Origin: Chlorokybus atmophyticus
Taxonomy: Eukaryota; Plantae; Mesostigma and Chlorokybus algae
Direction of reading: 5' to 3'
Length of the DNA: 64,000 nucleotides
Assembly (NCBI GenBank): GCA_009103225.1
Contig: RHPI01002823.1
Coordinates: forward strand, 133,104-197,103
Shown: one piece after another, positions 36,660 through 55,336 of the stretch
Layout: each line of letters starts with the position of its first letter
Position numbering within the stretch: position 1 is the stretch's first letter
Made by a program: the position numbers and the translations under genes
Notes under the pieces: model-generated
Seen by the model: only the letters and a program-made list of their open reading frames with translations
Told to the model about the DNA's origin: nothing
Database searches by the model: none

Positions 36660-38972
36660 ATGTACGGGGCGCCATATCAGGGAGGGGGGCTGGCGCCGTC
36701 GGCGCCGCCGATGGCAGGAGGGCAGGGCGGTGCACCGCAGCCGGGAGCGGGCTATGGCGCGGCAGGCTACGGCGCCCCGCCGCCGTATGGCAGCGCCTCA
36801 CCTTATGGCGCCGCCGCCCCTGGCCCTGCTGGCGCTGTTCCTCCACCGCAGCAGCAGCAGCGCCCCTACCAACAGCCTTACGGCGTCCCCGCTCCGCCTC
36901 CGACCGGCTATGGAGCTGCCGCACCTCCACCTCAGGTACTATATGAGCCACGTCAATGGCGATGCAGCTGCTGCTTCCGCTTTTGCAACGTCAATGCCCA
37001 ATCAATGTAGCTCTCTTCCTGTTGTTTTTGTATCGTTTGTTTACGTTTGTTTCACCTCTGGTTTCAACGTGGTTGGCTACCTCTCATACAGGGGTCCTTT
37101 TCAACCTGTTGCAGTGCATAACTCAATCAAGTCACTTGGTAATCGTTGTCTCAGGCTGTGTTTTTTGACAAATGGCAGTTAAAACCTGGTTGGCGCACAG
37201 ATAGGTCGCCTACAGCTTGATTACTACATTTGCTGTGTGGCTTGCGAGTTTTAGAAATTTTCTGCCGCTCCTACAATGCACCAGCTGACACCGTTGTGTG
37301 GTTTACATGTCACCTCCAAGTCTTATTCCTGCCTTGTCTTGATTGTTTTGCACTGGGGTGGGTTGTCCCTAACATGTGGTGTTGAAACATGTGTCATTTG
37401 CAGTACGGCACGGCACCGTCTGCACCAGGTGGCGCACCTCATTTGACTCACCAGTACAGCACAGTGGGCGGAAGCTATGGCCAGCCACCGCAGCAGCAGC
37501 AACAACCACTCACGGGTTATGCCACGCCGCCGCCTGCAAGCACACACGCAGCAGCGGCGCCACAGTACGCGCAGCAGCAGCAGCAGTATGACGCCAGTTA
37601 TGCTGGCGGCTATGCTGCGCAGGGCGCTGCTGCCGGTTATGGTGGCGCGGCTCCTGGCCCTGCCGGCTATCCCGGCCCACCAGCGCCAGCTGCCGGCGCA
37701 TATGGCTACGGCGCACAGCCTCAGGCCCCTCCCGCAGCACCAATTGCACCCAAACCGGTGGGTGCACTGGGGTGGTAACTGACCCAACATGCACAAGATA
37801 TGACACGTGTTGCGCGCATGTGTGTCAGTATGGTTTTGCTGTTTTGTCTTGCACAAGGAACTGTGTTGCGCGCGCGTGTGTGTACGTACACATATGCACC
37901 CAAGAATACTAGGACATGCACACATTACCAACCAGTGACGCATGCAATGTCAAGTGGGTGTTATCTTGCAGTTGTGTGGGTGTTACTGAGTGTACCTTTG
38001 CATGCACGCTTGTAACAGCTTAGCATCATGCACATGCTGTTGGCCAACTGTTTGATGTTGGCAATACGCAGTCGTTCACGGCCACGCCGGCAGAGTTGGA
38101 CTCTTGGTTCAGGTCTGCGGACTCGGACAGGAATGGTGAAGTGGATGAGCGTGAACTTCAGCAGCTTCTAACGCATGGCACTTCTGACCCGTTCAATCCA
38201 CAGACCATCAAGCTCATGATCAAGATGTTCGATACAAAAAACTCTGGCAGAATAGGTATGTAGTTGACAACCCACGCCTTGCGCACATACATACTTCATC
38301 TTCCTGCCAAGTATGCTGACTTGTGCATGATTTTGGTGCAAAAGGATTCCCGGAGTTTCAAGCCCTGTGGAAGTATCTTCATGACTGGAAGGTACGTGTG
38401 TGCCTTTGCATACGTAATTGCCATTGTCGGTACTCATGTCAGCTGCATCTGTGCATTTCCAGGTGTGTTTCGATGGGTTTGATAGGGATAGAAGCGGCAG
38501 CATTGACGCTGGAGAGCTGCAGACTGCTCTGCGATCGTTTGGGTACTCGCTGTCACCCGCACTCATTCAGACACTGGTGGGTTCATCCACCATGGCTGGA
38601 CTAGGTCTTTTCAGATCCATAGTTTTCTGGCTCTCTGTCATGCATTGTGCCTTTCATGCTTGCTTCCCTGAGGCAACTGGTTTGTGTGGCAGATGTCCAA
38701 GTTTGACCGCTCAGGTCGTGCGGCTGCCATCCGCTTGGACGACTTCATGCAGTGAGTGCCTATGCTTGCACATTGTTGCCCGGCAGCTACCCTAATAGCC
38801 CTGGTTATGGATGTGTATCACTGGACTCATTTGTATCTTACACGACAGGTGTTGTGTCCTGCTTCAAGGTTTCACGGATCGCTTCAGGAAGCACGACACT
38901 CGTCAAGACGGCAATGCCACGCTGTCATATGAGACGTTCCTGCAGATCATCTTGACATTTGTCACAGTTTAG
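36660..38972 (+). CDS. PEF1: Penta-EF-hand calcium-binding protein (peflin/ALG-2-like) with Pro/Gly/Tyr/Gln/Ala-rich N-terminus
   Basis: WFRSADSDRNGEVDERELQ, MIKMFDTKNSGRIG, FPEFQALWKYLHDWK, FDGFDRDRSGSIDAGELQTALRSFGY, LDDFMQ, FTDRFRKHDTRQDGNATLSYETFL*. Confidence 0.9.
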
Positions 38973-41074
38973 GGCAACTCGGCAGCTGTGTGCTGAGCAC
39001 ACACCTCTGTACAGGCTCGTTGTCCTTGTGACGCTCATGTTCGTTGCTGGGCTGTGTGATAAGCTGTACATTACAATATTTCAGTTGTTTTTTGGTCATG
39101 GATTGCTTTGCTTTCAGTTTCTGCCTGCAAATTGGCGTGATCATTGAACAACACTTCTAGAGTTTTCATTGTGTTCTGACAAGGCCAGTTGCATTTATCT
39201 ATAAGCTGTGCCACGCACTTAATCACGCGGATGCACTTTCACCCACTCAAACCAAGCCAGCAAGCAGGCATTGCATTGGTGTGCAAAGACACCAGTGCAG
39301 ACGCGATAAGTGTATTACTCAACAAAGCATGTCTTGAGCGTGAAGTGTCGCGGTGTATAAGGTGTTGAGAGCCACGACAATCTCAATTCGGTGATGCTGT
39401 AGCTTCACGACTTCAGACTTGTGTAGTATGTGATATTGCAATCATCCATAATTAACGAAACAACATTGTCCACAGTTTGTCCCCCCTGCTCGTGCGACAC
39501 GCCTTGAAAAGCAAACATGGTGAACACATCTTTTTATATGGTATTTGAGCAATTGCATGTGAGGTCTCCGCTAATAAACACGGCCGGTACCTTTGGAGGT
39601 GTACTTCATGTACAACCGACTTGCTGAAGTATCATTGACTGCCCGTCTTTTAGCAAACCCGTGCACGAAGTACTGTTTGTATAGAAAACCTTTGCCCTGC
39701 CTGTCGCGATATGACAGACGAGAAAAGGGCCTTCTATGCAACCGCGATGCACATGTTTGGTTAAATCAACATTCAGTCTAGTCTTCAACACTAGTGCCGT
39801 TTGTACCATAATTGCTAAATGCGTACAAGCGTGGGGGAAGGCTGTGTGTCTCGTAGGTAGTTGCAGCACAATGTAATTCCTGTGTGGATTGCCATCATTT
39901 GCTCCTTTCACCTGCTGAAACACATTGATTGCTACTTTCAGTGGCAAGCGGAGAAGAAGTGGACGGCAATGCACACATGTCATGAAATTGTGCAATTGCG
40001 AATATATATAAAGCCCGGCTTGCGAAAGTTCCCGCAACATTGCCATGCACGCACTTCGCAAGCTGTGTGCTGTTTCACGAGAGGCAAGATTGAACAAGGC
40101 TTGGCAATGGCATTCAGCAATTAAGTCATATATGAGGTATGCTCTGACAGCAGAAGCAGCAGTGCATTGTGCACAACATTTCAATATGTTGAGAGGAGCT
40201 TTGATTTGCTTGTTGGCCAGTAACTACATATGCATATGGTATAGCAGTCGGGGCCATTAGCACAAGTAGCACACAAGACCAACCATCATTAACCATAGAG
40301 CCAACAGCCAGCTTACAACCACACAGCAAGCTAGCACAGCTACGGGGGGCTGGTCTATGTGCACCTATGTGCGTGCAATGGCAACAGCAACCGAGGGTGG
40401 ATGGTCACAGCACAGCAGCTGGCAGCTACCTGCACAGCACGGGAGAGCATGATAATCGCACAGCTCGTTCTTCTCATTGCTTCTCTTGTGAGCCTACAAC
40501 TGTCAATATGTTCATGCTTAACCCTTCTAATAACCACTTTAACCCCTCCAACTCCTTGTCGTTATCGATTGAGCGCCTACATTTACACCTTAATCGTTTC
40601 AAGGCAAGCATGCATTGCGGCTTGTTACTTTGTTACCCAGCCTCTATTGATACAAGAGGTTGAGTGAACACAGTGTCACTAAGAGAGGTGAAGACAGTGT
40701 TGGCGCGCCTCTCATAGATGTTCATGTACAGTACGCACACTGGTTGGTTGCAACCGCACAAACGCCATCCTGCATGCTTATCCAATTTGAGAGTTGTGAT
40801 GCAATGCGAAGGTTATTATGCATTGCATTGGAAGCCGCCCCAATTACAAGCTGATAACACAAAGGTTATGAAGACTAGCAGCCATGAAACAATAAGCGCG
40901 CAAATACCAAGATTGTGCTGTACACACATAGCGTGGCACAACAGCAGGTGTATACTATGAAGATACATAACCAACATGCAGTCTACACATCAAACCTTGC
41001 CTTTGCCGGGGGACAACTCGCACCAATCTTCCAATCTACAGCAACATTCACCAAAAAAAAACAAACCTACCCAT

Positions 41075-44000
41075 CTACAGCGCGGAGGCAATCTGCAACC
41101 AAAGCCACTTGACAGAGTAGTAAACCATGGTCAGAAGGGTGATAAACGCAAGGGTTTGCCACTCCGCCAGTGGGCGCAGGTTGACTCGCACATGGTGCTT
41201 GTTGAGCCAGCGCATCAACGCCGTGTGCACGACGCACGCCGCCCGCACAACCACATTGCCAACACGCTGGCACCTCTGCTCGTCTACGGGCCGACCGAGC
41301 CCGATGATGTCGTTGATCCACACCGATATGGGCACCAGTATCCGGACAAGCCACGCTATCTCGTTTGTCTCTATTGGCCTCAGCAACCAATCGCCTTTGT
41401 ACCTGACATCCTGTGATGAAGAAATTCCAACGTATGCACACATCAGTCATTACTTTCTTGGAGACACACACAGGTACCAATGCATTGGTACATGTTGAGG
41501 CAGTAACATGAACACAAACCTGCCATGAGTGCCTCTGCAAGCCCATCACTGACTGAGAAGAAGGCGAAGCAACTTCTGCTCCAGACGCAGACGCCGCGGG
41601 CGGCTTCACATAAGTCTGCTCAGGCCGAAGCTTTTCCAACTACACACACACAACCACAATTCATCCCCTTATTTCATTTCAAGCAGAATGAGAAAGAAAA
41701 ACCCATCCATCTTTTTGTATATGCTTGCCTGGAAGAGAGACTCTGCCATTTGCATGACAGACTTCAGCAGCTTGTCCGACACGGCCACGTTGCCTTGTCG
41801 GGACTCCTGTTCGAGTCTTAAGAGGAGAACGCTGAGCAGTCTCGGCACCGAATCCAGCGCTTGGGTTGTATAAGTTCTAAGTCGCGGGGTCGCGGGTACC
41901 GGCGATAGCATGCCTGTGGGTGTGTGGGGAGATGATACCGCACTCGTGCCGGCGGCTGAGGCGATGAGCGCGTCCATGTGTGTCTGGCCAAGCTCCCATT
42001 CCTGATGTGAGCAGCATCAAAGCATGAGGGCAACGGAAATACTCTGCCCAATGGAAGTGGCAAGCATATGTTGGATAGTGCGCGGGCATGGGCGCGTGTT
42101 GGCGTTTGGCTGCACGTGCAAGCACATGTGCGTGCGCGTGTCTATGTGCGTGTGCCAGTGCATATGCGTGTGTGCGCGTGTGCGCATGTGTCCCGGCTTG
42201 CGTGCTTGCGTGTGCGAGTGTGCTCATACCATCAACTGCGTGTAGATGAGCCGCACAGCGTCCCGATAGCGCGTTGCTGGCGGTGGGTTGGACGGCGTCG
42301 GGCAAGCGTTGTAGACGCTTTCCACATCTTCCAGCAGCTGAAGCAACTGCTGATTCTCTTGAAACAGCTTGAAAACCTACCAACACCCAAGACCCAATCC
42401 AAATCTTACATCAGTCAACCCAACATACATTGACACAACTGTCTCTAACACACTCACCTCAGCCAACGCTGCGAGGGTCGACTCAGTGCTGTACAGCACA
42501 CGCTTACAGCAAAGCTCCACAAACTTCCTCAACAACTCCGTGTACGAAAGGTAGTTGGCCAGGACATAGCCTTGCCAAGCTGCGCTGAACTTTTGCACGG
42601 ATGACGATTGTGCCTGTTGTTGCTGCTGCTGCTGCTGTTGTTGTTTTTGGGAGGAAGAGGTAGTGTTGGGGACCAGATGCGCGCGCTCCCCGAGGACGTG
42701 TGCAAAGTGCTTCAGCTGGCTGCCTGCTGCCGACAGCACAGGTGCCGGATAACTGCTGCTCCCTGAAAGAAGCACAGAACCACTCAAACGTAACCTCACC
42801 AAACTGTGACAATTCTCTCCTAGCTGTGACAACGTGGCAAACACACAATATACCAAGGGCGTATTTAACTTGTGCAATGACATGATGCACAGTGGAGAAT
42901 GGTAAGCCTAAGGGTGTAATTGTAGGTAAATCAATCGCTATTGTATGGTAAGTTAACACAAACAATGGCAGCACAATGCAACATGACGAGAGCATGACTT
43001 GTTCTTGGTGACATTCCCAAAACCATCATGGGTGGACACAACATGTGCCTGTTTACGTGTTGGTTGTTGGTCGCTGTCGCTTGTGGACGTGGCATTCCAC
43101 GGCTGCAAGTACATCAGCCACAGCTTCACCACCTGCGATGCGTGCGACGCGTCGGCGGGCCACATTGCGAACGTGCGGTGGAAGAATCGGTACGCCGGCT
43201 GCTGCACGGCCGCATTGGGCCACGGGAGCGACATGTTGGGCGTGGAGCGGCCGTGTGGGGTTTTGAACACGCACGAGCGGTGCGATGGAGATTGTTGGCC
43301 TGATGAGGAGGCGGAAGAAGCGGCGGAGGATAGAGAGGGGTTGCTGTTAATATACTGTGTGAGAACTGTTGAAGCCTCCAACAGCTGACTCCCAGGCACC
43401 TACATAGAAGAACAAGTATGAGGTAAAGTGAAAGAGATCCAGCGAAAACTCATTGCAAGTTGATAAAACTCACATGCGTACAGTGCGTGCGCACGTGCAC
43501 ACGCCCGCACGCGTGTGCGTGTGTACAACCTGATTGTTTATATGTTGATTGACACAGTCGTAGACAACCAATGAATACGCCAAGTAAGTCCGACCTGATA
43601 ACTGTAAAGGGAGGCATAATCAATCAATGCGCTGGCGTCATCCAAGCATGCCGGCGGGAAGGGCGGCTCGTCCCACTTCAACCAATAGTCGATGAGTGCA
43701 TACAACACCACCTATGAGGAGGGTGAGCACACCCACAGTTTCATAACAGCAGCATCAGACGACAATCTTAGAATACTGTTGACTCACTTCACCGTGCGTG
43801 CTGGTACTACTTGATGATGATGATGAGTTACTCCGATCAAAGGTAGCAGCGGGAGAGGCTACTTGCGGGGAGGGAGTCGAGGTGTTGGTGCGTTGGTCGT
43901 GCGGGAGAAAATGCCTCAGGTAGCTCTGCAGCAGGGCCTTGTAGGGAGAGGAAGGTTGGGACTTGCTGCTCGTGTTGGGGTCGACCCCACCAGCGTGCAG

Positions 44001-45677
44001 GCTCGTCCGCGCCAGCTGGCCCAAATATCGCGATGTGCTTTGGAGGCTGCCCACACCTGAGCGGGATGCAATATTTGGTGGTCGTAGACAAAGTGTGGGA
44101 TTCAATCATATACATTGACTCTGTGTACAGCTGGAACTGAGGACCGCAACACAGATGCTGTGTGCTGCCTGCTGCCATACGCGCAACAGCACACTCAAAA
44201 ATATACGCGTGCCTTGTAACAATCATGTACACATCAGTTACGACAGCACTAACAGCAACAACACACACACGCGTGCGCGAGAAGAGAGACAAGGGCAATA
44301 TACAACACGCACATACATGTGTATGCGCGCACATCAATATATCTGCACACATACGATTGCGCATACACACACATCACAATCATAGTTTCAAGATGTTGAA
44401 GTTACCTAAACCAGAGGAACCGCTGGCAAGCTGGTTACTACTGCTGCGCAGCGTCTGGCTACCCGCACTTGCGCTCCTGGCGCGACGAGCGTAGTAGGCA
44501 AACCAAAACATGTAATACTCAAATACGCCCACATGGACTTGACACCGTCCGCCATTCGTCTTGACCACTCTGTCGCGCAGGTGCGGCTGCTGAGACAAAA
44601 GCTGGGCGCCTTGCTCAGTGCTGAGCAAAAGCTGCAGCAACACCACATGCCAAACGTTACTGCGCATACAACAAAGCTCATGTTGGTGCACTTGTAACAG
44701 TAAGCACGGTTGCGATCAACACCCACAGCATGCCTTCTGGTAAACTACATGCACAAACATGCACGAAAGCACTCGCGTACCCCAGCATGCACGAAAGCAC
44801 GCACGCGGATACACGCGCGCACACTCACTCTGCAATATGTTTGCACTAATGCACATACCCACACAGCAGCACCAGACTCAGTGACAAGCACAATTTGTCA
44901 TGCCTCACTTGGACATATGGTGGTAGGTGCTCGTGCGGGAATACAAACTTCACGAGGGCCTCTCGGTCAGCTTCAAGGAGTGATCGAAATAGTATAGACC
45001 GGGGAGACAACAAACTTGTCACCGCGCGCGCATCAGCCTCGCGCCCGGGCTGGGCGCATATGTAAAGCCATCCGCCCACCGCAGAAGAAGAGTTGTCGAA
45101 GCCGAAGAGTTTGGATAGGAGCAATGGGAATGAGCGCTCGAAGAATGGCCGTATGTGCTCTTTGCTGGGAAAGCAGTTGGTTTGGCGTTGAGTGCCACCT
45201 CATCGTGTAAGCATGCAAACAAATGGGAGCTAATGATGTCTTTCGTTGTCAAAGCTTACATCATAACTGACCTGCCGGCATCCACAGCTGCACGCATAAA
45301 GCAACCAAATGTACACATAGTTATGCAAGCGTGTGCACACGTACAAAAGCACGCATATCTGTGCAGAAGTGTGCACACGGTCACGTGCGTGCATGCGTGC
45401 ATGCACACGTACATAAAGGCTCCCGTACATGCCTACATGCACACAGGTATGTACATGCAAGCACGTGTGCGTTCCTGCATGTGCACAAGAATGCGCATGT
45501 GTCGGCATTTGCATGCGCACGCGAACATGGCCGCTTACGTGGCACGTACACACACATACACACACACCTTTCAGAGAGGCAATTTTCGACAGCTGCGCAG
45601 GCAATGGCGATCTGCGGCGACTTCCTCAGCAGGTCGTTCAGCTCCAGCACGCTACGTGGCGCGTTAACCGCGTGCAT
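41075..45677 (-). CDS. SMPD4: Sphingomyelin phosphodiesterase 4-like protein
   Basis: YKGDWLLRPIETNEIAWLVR, RVNLRPLAEWQTL plus C-terminal TM, VFEYYMFWFAYY, SPYKALLQSYLRHFLP, KFVFPHEHLP, VVKLWLMYLQPWN. Confidence 0.8.
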
Positions 45678-46557
45678 GGCGCCAACAAGTGCAAGCTGTC
45701 GCTTTCATCAACAGTATACGCCAAGCAGCAGCAGCAGTGGCAACAGTAGTGCTAGTAGAAAACGTCAACAGCAGCTGATAGCAACAGTAGGTGCTGCTTG
45801 CAGCTAGAGAAGCACTGGGAAACAGCTGGCACCAGGAAGTAGCAACAGTAGAACACAAGCATGAAGTTGCCTGCAAAGTATAACAGCAGAATCAAGCGAA
45901 GCAAAGCAGTCCAAAGCGAAGCAGAAAATAGTGAAGCAAAGCTGTTAAGCACGTGTAAAGAAGAAGCACATTGTTGCCTTTGAATGCCTACAGCTGTGTC
46001 CAGCTGATGTCTAGCTGATGTTTCATAGCAACCAGCAGAGAGTGACGCGCATATTCTCGAGAGTTGGTTACAACACAAGGCTTGGGTCAAGTAAGTAAAG
46101 CTAACTGGTTGTGCGTTTTGTAAAAAATCCAACCACAGGCAGAGTGCACAGCATGCGTGTCTCCGGGCACTAGCTTGTTTGGGGTGCAATGATGGGTAAG
46201 CTGCTTGGCGAAGCTACCTTGTGCTTTTGATATAGTTACAGCCTGTAAATACGTACTTCTTCGCCTCCTGCTCCTCCTTTTGCTCGTCCTCCTCCGCCGC
46301 CGCCGTCTTCGGCGTTCTGGCCAGGCCTGAGCTGGACTAGTGTGCGGGAAGCTCAACCTAAACCTTGCAGGCTAAACCCAGTTGCCCAGTTACCCGAACC
46401 AACAATCAAACTGCAATAGCCCTGATATCGTCACCAGCTTATCGGATATACTTCTTGCTGCCTACATGGCTGTGTTACAAGCTTTAGAATCGAAGATACA
46501 AACAGCAGCTAGGTTAGTCACAAACAGAAGCGTTTAGTTTGCCCGCAGGCGTTCGCC

Positions 46558-51348
<4,791 letters not shown>

Positions 51349-51627
51349 CATAGGTCAATGCCATACTGCTTTTCTGTGAACTTATAGAGCAAGGCCCCAA
51401 CTGCATAGGCAGAGACCATAGTACATCACCCACGTGCAGACTCACATAGATGCACGCACAAGGAGGTGCATCTGCGATACATACAGGCTTGCCACGCTGT
51501 CTTAGGCAGGTGAGCAAGCAATGCTGAGGGTGTAGCGTCAGCAGTGATGCGTGCATGCGGTGCAAAGTTGACCAACATTGTAGCTGTGCCGGCTGCCTTA
51601 CTGCTGTGTGTGCATCTGTGGCGCTAA

Positions 51628-51931
51628 TGCAAGATGGCCATGTGCCTGCAGATATCAAAGCACAAGACATTATCTTGTGCTTTGCAAGATGGCCATGTGC
51701 CTACTTCAAGTGAAATAGCATGCACATTGCCGCTCTTGCAGTAGTGCGGACACGTCAACACGTTGGTATACCCACATGAGGTTGGTAGTTGGATTCAGGT
51801 GGTCTGGTGCATATAAGAAACCATACTTGGAGTGAAGTAACACGCACATTGCCGCTCTTGCAGTAGTACGGTCAAGTTGCTACATTGGTATACCCACATA
51901 AGGTTGCTAGTTGCATTCAGGTGGTCTGGTG
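51628..51931. repeat. Local duplications: 20-bp direct repeats flanking an 11-bp-arm hairpin, then a ~125-bp tandem duplication
   Basis: TGCAAGATGGCCATGTGCCT at 51628 and 51683 around AAAGCACAAGA-catta-TCTTGTGCTTT. GCACATTGCCGCTCTTGCAGTAGT...CAGGTGGTCTGGTG occurs twice (~51708-51811 and ~51832-51931). Confidence 0.85.
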
Positions 51932-52334
51932 TTGGACATTATCAACGCAGCAGCCCCTACATACTTTTCTCTAATATATATATATATATATATGGTGTGA
52001 TAGTACACGCAAGATACATGCTGATCATAATCACGCTTTACGCAATGACTTGCTGCATGAGCGACAAATTGCAAAAACTGATGATGGATACTCAACAGAA
52101 TCTGGTACATGATGTAGAAACATGCCACAAGAGGCCACACAGTCCTTGTTACAGCTGCCACAACCCTCTACACATTTAGTAAATTTAATTGAAGACAATA
52201 CAACAGTTCACTACTCGAAGAGGCCCACACCTCAATGTACAGCAATGCAACAATGACTAAGAAACCAAAACCAAACCGCTAACAACCAACTGGCTGCAAC
52301 AGGTACCGGGCTCAAACACAAGGTCCATCTACCA

Positions 52335-55300
52335 TCACAAGAAATCTCTTGGGCCCTCAACATCACTAGAATCTATGCTATCAAATGGCGCATGGGAATG
52401 CTGTACAAGCCAGAAATCATCGATAACTTTTCTGCGCGTCGACGACCACTGCACCCAATGAAGGTGGGTCCTGTTCACCACGTTCACCTTGGAGAAGCTG
52501 TAATCTGAAGACTCACCACCTGAAGAACACATTGCTATGAGAGGTCACATAAACAGATGTCAATATACACTGACTGACTTGATGTATAGACAAAGCTGAA
52601 TTGAGAGTTTGGGACCCAAATGTGTTTATACTAATTGCACGAGTTCAATTTGAATGACTTAGGCTAAGGGAGCATACTTGTTGGATGGACTGATCAATCA
52701 ATGTGGTCAAAAGAGAGTGTGTGTATCTACACTTGCCTGATGGGTTGTAGCCCGACTCGAATGCACACCACGGCGCCTCAGACGAGCACCTCCCGCTCGG
52801 CGGCGGTTTGGTCCCGATCTTCATCTCGCGGTTGCCGGCGGCTCCCGTGGTGATGTGCACCGTCGACCGCGGGCTCGCATACATGTCGAACTGGATGTTG
52901 GACGACCCGCCCGGATGGCCGATGACCTTCTTGTCGTACACGGGGTAGAAGCGCTCGTACCAATGCTTGTGACCAAAAATGGCCATGTCAACACCTGTTT
53001 GCATAAGTCCACACGTGCGCTAACTTGAACCATAAACAACACTCGAATGGCATGCATGAACTTATGTGTTTCAGACGCAAGCTGGTTATGTGTAATGCCA
53101 TGTGACACAACAACAACGAACCGTATTTGTGGAACAACTTTTCCATGGGGAAGGTAAGTTGTATGCTGCCAGTTTTGCCATCGCTCGGGCAGCCTTCCAC
53201 GCCGGGCTGGCATGGCTCCTGCAGCGGGACGCCGAGCCGCGACATCTCGTGCTCATCGTCGCATTGCAGATTGTACGCGCACGAGGCGCAGTACATCGGC
53301 CTAATCATATACGTTTTACAAGGGAGGACATACTACACCAGTTGAGATAACCAGTTTAAGCACACATACCTGTGTCCCACAACAATAATCCATGGCCTGC
53401 ACAAGCGCAACGTAAACTGCTTGGTTAATCAGATGGTTGGGCTGTGCGCGTGCATGCATGGGTGTCTGTGCGCATGCGCCCATGCGCGTGTGTGCAAGCA
53501 TGTGCATTTGTGCGCGTGTCCCATCACCACCAGCTATGATTTAGCACATTACCGTTCTTGTCGGTTGCGGTTGGCTGCTTGCAGGTCCGCTTCCATCCAC
53601 TCGTACTGCCGCTTCATGTTGTGCTCGCTGAAGAGGTCCGGGAAAAAGAACACCTCGGTGTTGTACGAGACGAAGTGGACGGGGCCGATGTCCCATGAGT
53701 AGTACAGGTTGTCGTACGACTGGCGCTGCGGCATATTGAAGTACGCGCGGTAGTGTGAGAAGTTGTATGTGCGCTCGTGGTTGCCAGGGGACACCTGTAT
53801 AACAGCCATGCATGCACGCGCACAACATCAGCGATGGGATTGAGCGACATGCATGGTATTGTGTTCAAGCTTGACCTTGCACATATGGAAAATTCATGAG
53901 TGCACATGAAGGATCTGATGAGTCTGAGCATCTTTGACATGGCATGATGACAGCTGACAATGCAGAAGGTAATGCTGCACAAACATTATCAGCGCTCACC
54001 CCTCGCCCCACCTTTCCCTCTAGTTACACCCCACGCTACCTCACGCATACTCTCTTGCGCACGACCAACGCTTGTGATGACAAAAGCTCACAATTGCGCG
54101 CAAACACCAGTGCTTACACAGGTCTTGCATGCGAGCCCTCTCATGCGCTTGTCAGATGCACCACAAGCATTTTCCCACACAGTCATCGGATATTCCAATT
54201 GATATTCCATGTGTACATATAACAACATATCTGCACGCGGTGACGGATCAATGACACCCATAAACGAGGAGTATACCATGTATGGTACTCTTGCAGCAAT
54301 GGGTTGAATGGATTCAACAAAGGCGTCCGCAACGCCTCCCTCCTGCTCGTACAGGTCGTAGCCAATGTCGCCCACGTGCAGCACGGCGTCGTACTCGCCC
54401 GTACCCGCCTCCTTGACAATGTCCCTCAGCGCCTGTGCATTGTCGAGCCCCATGTCGCCATATACCAGCAATTGAAGCCCGCCGTGTTCAGCAATGTCAT
54501 CCGGCGACCTCATTGCCTGAAGGATGGTCGCTTGCATTGGCATCAAAAGCGACAGTGTTCAACACCAACAACAAGCACCAAGTCTCTATCTCTCACCCTG
54601 AAGGTGGAGTACTCACTCCAGCCTTCATCATCGCCAACCCGATAACTGTACTCTGCGCCACGGTCCAAACCGTCCAACACGGCCGTGTAAAGCCAGCGCT
54701 GTGTTTGTAATTCGCCGGCATCTGTGAAGCGCTTGACTGCGGCTGTTACTCTTGAAACTGGTGACTGTGACCCGAAGCCCAGCTTGCTTTTTGCGCCCTT
54801 CCGTCCCAGCAAAGTCAGTAGAAGTGCTGCTGCCATACGCATGCATACGCTGTTAGCTTCGCTGGCAAGCAAAGCAATGTGGAGTGCAACACTGTCTCAC
54901 AACAGTACGTGCATGCGCGCGTGCGTGTACGTGTGTGAGTGCACATGCGTTGAAGCACGTGTATGCTTGCATGCATGTGCATGCACGTGCGCAGACGCTC
55001 TCGTCTCTATGTGTTTGTGCGTGCACGTACATGCAACAGCATGGGCACGTGTGCTCGTGCGCATGCGCGTGCCCAACCTGAGGCTTGTGTTGAGGTGGGC
55101 TGGAACTCCACAATTGGGTGTTGCGTGGGCGCGAAAGTGAGCCATGAGACAACCATCTGGCTTGGGTTCTCGCCATATGCAATGTGGACGCCTCGCGGCG
55201 CAGTGGAGAAGTTATACACATCAATTGCTTTGTTGCTGCTGCTATTGGCATGCGCCAAACTGATGCCAGCAAGCAGATAGCCAAGCAGCAGCGGCCATGC

Positions 55301-55336
55301 CACACGTAGCGGCAACACCAGCCTTGGGGCTTCCAT
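52335..55336 (-). CDS. Secreted purple acid phosphatase (ACP7-like metallophosphoesterase with N-terminal FN3 domain)
   Basis: Signal peptide. APRGVHIAYG...MVVSWLT. Metal-binding motifs YGDMG, HVGDIGYD, PGNHE, GHKH-x-YER. C-terminal PAP domain. Confidence 0.93.

Noticed and set aside
39593-40960. Scattered 60-190 aa ORFs between peflin and SMPD4
   Set aside because: No motif or coherent splice pattern; likely 3' UTR or intergenic DNA.
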